From Candidatus Latescibacterota bacterium (lineage in GTDB: Bacteria > Latescibacterota > UBA2968), in NCBI GenBank assembly GCA_965214925.1, contig OZ244028.1:3592205-3656204 (forward strand): a DNA stretch of 64,000 nt, written 5' to 3'. Below, in pieces: positions 58,664 to 64,000 of this stretch. Made by a program: the position numbers and the translations under genes. The notes under the pieces are model-generated. The model ran no database searches, was not told the DNA's origin, and worked only from the letters and a program-made list of their open reading frames with translations. Position 1 is the first letter of the stretch. Each line of letters starts with the position of its first letter.

Positions 58664-61600
58664 TCAAACCAGGCTCTGCAACACATTTTTCGCGGATTCC
58701 AACCGCGATCGCGGATTCTTTCCGGTCAGTGTAACTTCGATTCTCGGCGGCTCTCCCAGCGCAAATTCCAAGGGCAGAGGCGACTGCGTAACCATCCGTT
58801 CAATCTCCTGTCGCGTCAGCGTTTTTTCCGGACATAGGGTCATCGTCATCACCTGCCCAATGTGCAACTGCGACAATCTGAGTCGGCGCGCCAAAATTTT
58901 GACCTGTAAAATGTCCAACAACGCGGATGTGGGTTCGGGCAAAGGGCCAAAGCGATCCGCGAGCTCTTCCTCAATCGCCATGACCTCCACGGTTTGCCGC
59001 ATCTCGCCCAAGCGCTGGTAGAACTGCATTTTTTGATCCGCATCCGAAATATAATCGTCCGGAATATACGACGAGACCGACACCTGCACATCGGGCTCAA
59101 TCGCGGGTTCGGTTGAATTGCCATCGCCCTTGATCTGTTGCACGGCCTCGTCTAACAAGCGCGTGTACAAATCAAATCCCACGGCTACAATCTGTCCGTG
59201 CTGCTGTGCCCCCAGCACATTGCCCGTACCCCGAATTTCCATATCCCGCATTGAAACCTGAAACCCCGACCCCAAATCCGAAAATTCTTCAATGGCCCGC
59301 AATCGCCGCACCGCCGCTTTCCGAAGTGCTCGGCGCGAGGGCACAAACAAATACGCATACGCCCGCTTGTTTGACCGGCCTACCCGACCGCGCAACTGAT
59401 ACAACTGCGCCAATCCCAATCGATCCGCCCGATTCACGATCAGCGTGTTCACATTGGGAATGTCCAGCCCGGATTCCACGATCATGGTCGAGACCAGAAC
59501 ATCGTATTTGTGTTCAAAAAAGTCCAGCATCACTTTTTCGAGCTGTCGCTCGGGCATCTGACCATGCCCCATGCCAAAACGCACTTCTGGCACCAGGCGA
59601 TTGAGAAAGTCCATCATCGCCGGCATTGACTGAACGCGGTTGTGTACAAAATAGACCTGTCCGCCGCGATCCACTTCTCGCAAAATCGCCTCGGCAATGC
59701 GTTCTTCTTCAAAGGCCAGGACTTCGGTCTGAATGGGCAAGCGATCTTTGGGCGGGGTTTGAATCACCGACATATCGCGCGCGCCCATCAGCGACATGTG
59801 CAAGGTGCGCGGAATCGGCGTGGCGGTCAGGGTCAACACATCCACCAAGCGCCGCATTTCCTTCAATCGCTCTTTGTGCCGCACCCCAAAGCGGTGTTCT
59901 TCATCTATGACCAAAAGACCCAGTGATTTGAACGCCACGTCCTTTGACAACAACCGATGCGTGCCCACCACAATATCCACGCTGCCGTTCTTCATTCGCT
60001 CAAGGGTGCGTTGCTGTTCGGCCCGCGTGCGGAACCGGCTCATGACTGCCACGTACACGGGAAACTCGGAAAACCGCTCGCAGAACGTGCGATAATGCTG
60101 CTGCGCCAAAATGGTCGTGGGCGCCAAAACCGCCACTTGCTTGCCGTCTAAAATCGCCTTAAATGCCCCTCGAATCGCCACTTCTGTCTTGCCATATCCC
60201 ACGTCGCCACAAATCAGCCGATCCATGGGCGACCGCGCTTCCATATCCTTTTGCACAGCCTCTATCGCCGCCTGTTGATCCCGTGTTTCGCGAAAGGGAA
60301 ACGACGCTTCCAGCGCCTTCATCTCTGCGCCATCGGGCAAAAATGCCGTGCCCGGTCGGGCTTTGCGTTCCGCGTACAAAGACACGAGTTCTGCGGCCAT
60401 TTTGAAAATCTCTTTGCGCGTCCTTTCCTTCAGTCGCTCCCACGTCACCGTGCCCAACTTGCTCAACACAGGTACCGCGCCATCTCGCCCCGAATACTTC
60501 TGCACGTGATCCATCTGGTCCACCGGCACAAAAACCCGATCTCCACCCCGATATCCAATGGTCAGACAATCGCTGGACAAGCGGCCTATTTCAATCCGCT
60601 CTACGCCCTCAAACCGTCCGATGCCGTGATCCACGTGCACCACAAAATCGCCGCGCTGAAGGGCTGCCACCGTCTTGATCGGCGACGCATCTTGAAAACG
60701 GCGATACCGCCGACGCCGATGCACGCGGCTGTAAATCTCGTGGTCATTCACCAAAAAGACCTTGCCGGGGTGGTACACAAACCCGGATTGCAGCACCCCC
60801 ACGTAAATTGAGACCACATTGGCACTCTCTTCCAAAATTTCCTCCAACCGCGCCTGCTGCCCAACGCTTTCACACAGAATGACAACTTCATACGCGTCCA
60901 GCCAGTGCTTTCGCAAATCCTCCTTCAACACTTGCACATGGCCTTCGTAGTGCTGCCCGCCCTGCCCCCCCAAATCCACCACGTCCTCAGACGCGCCCCC
61001 CAACGCGCGATTCAATACCCGAGGCATTTGTTCCAATTGATGGAGCACGGTTTTTGGCTCTCGGAGCACACATCGCGTTGGCAGGGGTTCTGTTTCTGAT
61101 CGCCGCTTCTTTTTTCGCCGCGCGATTTCCTCACACGCCCGCCATGCATTATCCGCTGCGTCGGCAATGCCATCCGGATCGTCGAGGACGATCCAACATC
61201 CTTCGGGCACGTAATCCAACAAACCCGTTCGCGCGCGGTACAACACCCCCAAGTAATGCTCCTGCCCTTCAAAGATGCCTTCGCGATCGAGTAAGTTCCG
61301 CACCATGGGCAATTCGAGGCCCACATCCCGTTCTGCTTTTTCCAAATTTTCCAAATAGACATCCGCCATCATCAGCGGGAGCACGCTTTCGCGGCAAGGC
61401 AAAATCCGCGTGTGTTCCAACTGCGACACGGACCGTTGGGTACTTAAATCAAACGCCCGAATCGACGACACCTCATCACCCCAAAACTCCAGGCGCACCG
61501 GATGCGAATTGCCAAACGAACAAAAATCCAAAATGCCACCGCGCATCCCAAATTGCCCCACACCTTCCACCGTGGTCACCCGTTCATATCCGATTTCCAC

Positions 61601-62134
61601 GAGATGATCCGCCAGTTCCAAAGGCGCGATTTCCTGCGCCAGACGAACCGTCTTCACACTCAAGTCAAACAGGTCTGGGGACAATGTGTGTCCCATCAGC
61701 GCATCGACCGGCACGACCACAATGCCACCTATCCCGCGGTGCAACTGATCCAATGCCTCCATCCGCAATCCCACCACATCCAAATGCGGCGACCGCCCAT
61801 CCAAATGCGCCACATCCCACCCCGGGAAGTACCCCACATCTTCTACCAGCCGCTCCAAATCATTTCGCAGGGCCTCGCCGCGATCTTCATCCGCACACAC
61901 AACCACCACCGGGCCGGGCACGGTCTCTTCAACCCACGCGATAGCAAATGCCGAGAGCGACCCCGCTCCTCCGCGCATCGTCACCACCTGCTCGCCCGAT
62001 GCGAGTTTTTGGGCCAAGTCCCTAAATGGCGGCGAATTTTTAATCCGATTGTACAATTTTTCAACAGACATAATTTCCTTAAAATCGGTAAGAGGTAAGA
62101 GGGTGTCTTCCGCTCGCGTCTGACCTTTATGCAA
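58664..62134 (-). CDS. mfd: Transcription-repair coupling factor
   Basis: 1,156 aa. UvrB-homology N-terminus, RecG-like helicase motifs (GDVGYGKTEVA, DEEHRFG), TRCF C-terminal domain. Confidence 0.9.
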   Translation of the reverse strand: MHKGQTRAEDTLLPLTDFKEIMSVEKLYNRIKNSPPFRDLAQKLASGEQVVTMRGGAGSLSAFAIAWVEETVPGPVVVVCADEDRGEALRNDLERLVEDVGYFPGWDVAHLDGRSPHLDVVGLRMEALDQLHRGIGGIVVVPVDALMGHTLSPDLFDLSVKTVRLAQEIAPLELADHLVEIGYERVTTVEGVGQFGMRGGILDFCSFGNSHPVRLEFWGDEVSSIRAFDLSTQRSVSQLEHTRILPCRESVLPLMMADVYLENLEKAERDVGLELPMVRNLLDREGIFEGQEHYLGVLYRARTGLLDYVPEGCWIVLDDPDGIADAADNAWRACEEIARRKKKRRSETEPLPTRCVLREPKTVLHQLEQMPRVLNRALGGASEDVVDLGGQGGQHYEGHVQVLKEDLRKHWLDAYEVVILCESVGQQARLEEILEESANVVSIYVGVLQSGFVYHPGKVFLVNDHEIYSRVHRRRRYRRFQDASPIKTVAALQRGDFVVHVDHGIGRFEGVERIEIGRLSSDCLTIGYRGGDRVFVPVDQMDHVQKYSGRDGAVPVLSKLGTVTWERLKERTRKEIFKMAAELVSLYAERKARPGTAFLPDGAEMKALEASFPFRETRDQQAAIEAVQKDMEARSPMDRLICGDVGYGKTEVAIRGAFKAILDGKQVAVLAPTTILAQQHYRTFCERFSEFPVYVAVMSRFRTRAEQQRTLERMKNGSVDIVVGTHRLLSKDVAFKSLGLLVIDEEHRFGVRHKERLKEMRRLVDVLTLTATPIPRTLHMSLMGARDMSVIQTPPKDRLPIQTEVLAFEEERIAEAILREVDRGGQVYFVHNRVQSMPAMMDFLNRLVPEVRFGMGHGQMPERQLEKVMLDFFEHKYDVLVSTMIVESGLDIPNVNTLIVNRADRLGLAQLYQLRGRVGRSNKRAYAYLFVPSRRALRKAAVRRLRAIEEFSDLGSGFQVSMRDMEIRGTGNVLGAQQHGQIVAVGFDLYTRLLDEAVQQIKGDGNSTEPAIEPDVQVSVSSYIPDDYISDADQKMQFYQRLGEMRQTVEVMAIEEELADRFGPLPEPTSALLDILQVKILARRLRLSQLHIGQVMTMTLCPEKTLTRQEIERMVTQSPLPLEFALGEPPRIEVTLTGKNPRSRLESAKNVLQSLV

Positions 62135-62142
62135 GACAAACC

Positions 62143-62171
62143 TTGACCAAAGAGATCAACTTGGATATATT
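62143..62171 (+). promoter_or_regulatory. Putative sigma70 promoter for ssrA
   Basis: TTGACC (62143-62148), 17-bp spacer, TATATT (62166-62171), about 12 nt before the tmRNA 5' end. Confidence 0.4.
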
Positions 62172-62183
62172 TGCCCATGTGCT

Positions 62184-62551
62184 GGGGGCGACATGGTTTC
62201 GACGGGGGTGGAGCGGTGATGGCCGCGTGTCGAGGTGCCCGATTCCCTCGTAAAACAATTGGGAAAAAACGCAAGTGCGGACGATAACACGTACGCAATG
62301 GCTGCCTAACCAACCGTTACGCAGTCCGTTCTGCTAGGCCTCGCCTGCGTGGTCTGGACAGAGCGCCGACGAGAGCAGGCTGGTTCGGGGGTTTCCGCTC
62401 GAGGCCCTCCGGGCGAAATAAAATCGGGCTGGCATCTCAGCGCCCCTGTCTGTTGGGGCGCGGGGTGTGAGATTCCATAAATAGACTACACACGTAGACG
62501 CCATTGTCAAACTGCTTTCGGACGCGGGTTCGATTCCCGCCGCCTCCACCA
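62184..62551 (+). ncRNA. ssrA: tmRNA (SsrA)
   Basis: 5' GGGGGCGACAUGGUUUCGACGGG and 3' T-arm GGUUCGAUUCCCGCCGCCUCCACCA form a tRNA-Ala-like acceptor. Internal tag frame ..ASADDNTYAMAA ends at a TAA stop. Confidence 0.85.
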
Positions 62552-62560
62552 ACAACTTTG

Positions 62561-62600
62561 ATCGCAACTTCTATCAAATGGAAGTTGCGATTTTTTGTGC
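62561..62600 (+). terminator. Rho-independent terminator of ssrA
   Basis: Perfect 11-bp stem ATCGCAACTTC / GAAGTTGCGAT with a 9-nt loop, followed by TTTTTTGTGCTTGTTTT. Confidence 0.75.
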
Positions 62601-62621
62601 TTGTTTTAGAGGGTCACAACG

Positions 62622-63064
62622 CTAAAAAGGTTTCAGGATAGCCAACGCTACAATGATGACCGCGATGAGCGTCGCGACATAGCTGACAGTGCGAAAGTAG
62701 GCTGCGCTTTTGGTGTTTTCGCCGCGTTGGAATTTTTTGCGCTGGCGCGACATCACGCCGTGTAATCCGGCGAGCGCGATCACCAACAGCAGTTTGGCGT
62801 GCAGCCACCCGCCGATTTTGCCACCGATTGCAATGATCAAAAGAATACCCGTGATAAAGACGACGATCAGACAAGGGACGAGCAGAAGGCGGAGGAGGTT
62901 GCGTTCCATGTGTTGAAATGTGGCGTCCGTATCGGATCCCACAGCGGCGTTGGCGTGGTAGGCGAATAATCTCGGCAAATACAAAAGGCCGATCATCCAG
63001 CCGATGATGGCAATGAAGTGTGCGGTTTTTAGCCACAGATAGTATGCTATAAGAAAATTCACGG
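62622..63064 (-). CDS. hemJ: Protoporphyrinogen IX oxidase HemJ (CopD-like TIGR00701 family)
   Basis: YLWLKTAHFIAIIGWMIGLLYLPRLFAYHA...MERNLLRLL...WLHAKLLLV...ILKPF matches HemJ blocks. GTG start at 63064. Confidence 0.7.
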
Positions 63065-63072
63065 CGTGTTCC

Positions 63073-63864
63073 TCAGTCGTAGTTGCTGCTTTTGTGGTCG
63101 CCCATAAGGCGGCGTTGGCGCGGGGTGGCGCGGTCGAGAATTTGGGGGTCAAATTGAAATCGGTTGAGATAGGGGGGATATTTTTGCGCGATCATGCGTT
63201 TGGCATAGTGGACTTGAAGCAGATAGCGCGTTTGGTCGCTGGTATTGGCCGCGCCGCGATGCCAGACTTCGCTGCGGAAGATGACCACGTCACCGGCGTT
63301 GCACATGATGGATTTTTCAGTCTGGCCTTTCCAAGTCGTATCGCCATTGGGGCTCCGGCCCGAGAGGTGGCTGCCGGGGATGAAGTTGGTGGGGCCAATG
63401 GCTTCGGTGATATCATTGAGGTAGAAGTGCGCCGTGGTGATAAAGATGGGGAGGCGCGCGCGGGGGTCGGCGAGTATGTCTTCGGGCAGGCTTATGGGCA
63501 GCCAGTCCGTGTGGAGCTTTTGGTCGGGACGACCGGGGCCGGTCATCCATGCGGTCATGCCGATGCAATGGCAATCGCTGCCGTGTATGACTTCTGCAAT
63601 TGCGATGACGCCGGGGCAGTCGAGAAATTGAAGAAAATGAGGATGTCGGTTGAACGCGTTGTTGATGTGTTTGTTGATGTAGCCGGCGCGCGTGTATTTG
63701 TCAAAACTTTCCGGAAGGGGTGTGAGCGCGTCCATGTGATCGCGGAGTTTCGCAACCCGATTGCGCGTCAATACATTTGGCAGATAGACGTAGCCATCGC
63801 GATACAGGGCTTCGGTTCGATCTGCAAGCGTGTCGAAAGCAATGAGCGGAAGAGGGGCAGCCAT
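63073..63864 (-). CDS. Phytanoyl-CoA dioxygenase (PhyH) family Fe(II)/2-oxoglutarate oxygenase
   Basis: HTDW..(HxD) and a distal His/Arg block (VWHRGAANTS). Confidence 0.65.
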   Translation of the reverse strand: MAAPLPLIAFDTLADRTEALYRDGYVYLPNVLTRNRVAKLRDHMDALTPLPESFDKYTRAGYINKHINNAFNRHPHFLQFLDCPGVIAIAEVIHGSDCHCIGMTAWMTGPGRPDQKLHTDWLPISLPEDILADPRARLPIFITTAHFYLNDITEAIGPTNFIPGSHLSGRSPNGDTTWKGQTEKSIMCNAGDVVIFRSEVWHRGAANTSDQTRYLLQVHYAKRMIAQKYPPYLNRFQFDPQILDRATPRQRRLMGDHKSSNYD

Positions 63865-63893
63865 ATCAGGACTCCGGGGTGATGTGGTCTGTG

Positions 63894-64000
63894 AGATCGC
63901 GCAGGGCGATTACGCTGTATTCATTGTCTGCGAGATGTTGCATACAGCGTTCAAAAAACGCGGGTTCGGTATGCACCCATGGGTGATCGAGGTCGGGCAT
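63894..64000 (-). CDS. 3' end of an unidentified gene that continues beyond the window
   Basis: Open frame ...MPDLDHPWVHTEPAFFERCMQHLADNEYSVIALRDLTDHITPES ends at a stop at 63894. No assignable domain. Confidence 0.3.

Overview
This is a 64-kb stretch of a GC-rich (~58%) bacterial chromosome, probably from an uncultured lineage. Housekeeping genes dominate and the minus strand is dense with them: a metF 3' end; the yceD-rpmF-fabH-fabD-fabG-acpP-fabF-rnc cluster (note: no plsX); ndk, xerC/D, topA, ptsN, a UDP-sugar block, OTCase, nrnA, ftsEX, surA-like PPIases, mfd, tmRNA, hemJ. No rRNA or tRNA genes and no CRISPR array were found.

The accessory content is as follows.
- Candidate defence islet (0.4-7.9 kb): a GxxExxY protein, an MmeI/PglX-like Type IIG restriction-modification fusion carrying three in-frame copies of a 30-bp palindromic repeat in its 5' coding region, and a translationally coupled PLD-nuclease/SNF2 helicase that is split by a frameshift in a short GC-rich tandem repeat.
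- Candidate ether-lipid biosynthesis operon (15.4-21 kb): a compact eukaryote-like operon of fatty acyl-CoA reductase, a GNPAT/PlsB-like acyltransferase and alkyl-DHAP synthase.
- Low-GC-bordered islet (21-25.9 kb): a nucleotidyltransferase-DUF433-DUF5615 toxin-antitoxin-like cassette whose toxin is frameshifted, an SDR, and a chimeric ORF fusing a minimal nucleotidyltransferase head to the C-terminal half of a RapA-like helicase. It is followed by a CT-rich, repeat-laden non-coding block.
- Split beta-class DNA methyltransferase (32.7-33.7 kb): the two halves would be rejoined by a +1 change in an A10 tract, so it is a candidate phase-variable methyltransferase.

Other points worth a second look: two short dispersed repeat families, tandem paralogous secreted proteins beside an orphan ABC ATPase, a metalloprotease-beta-propeller-dockerin protein, an FtsE with a degenerate Walker A, and a eukaryote-type pyrimidine 5'-nucleotidase homologue.

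All calls come from reading motifs and domain architecture in the translations; no database searches were run.
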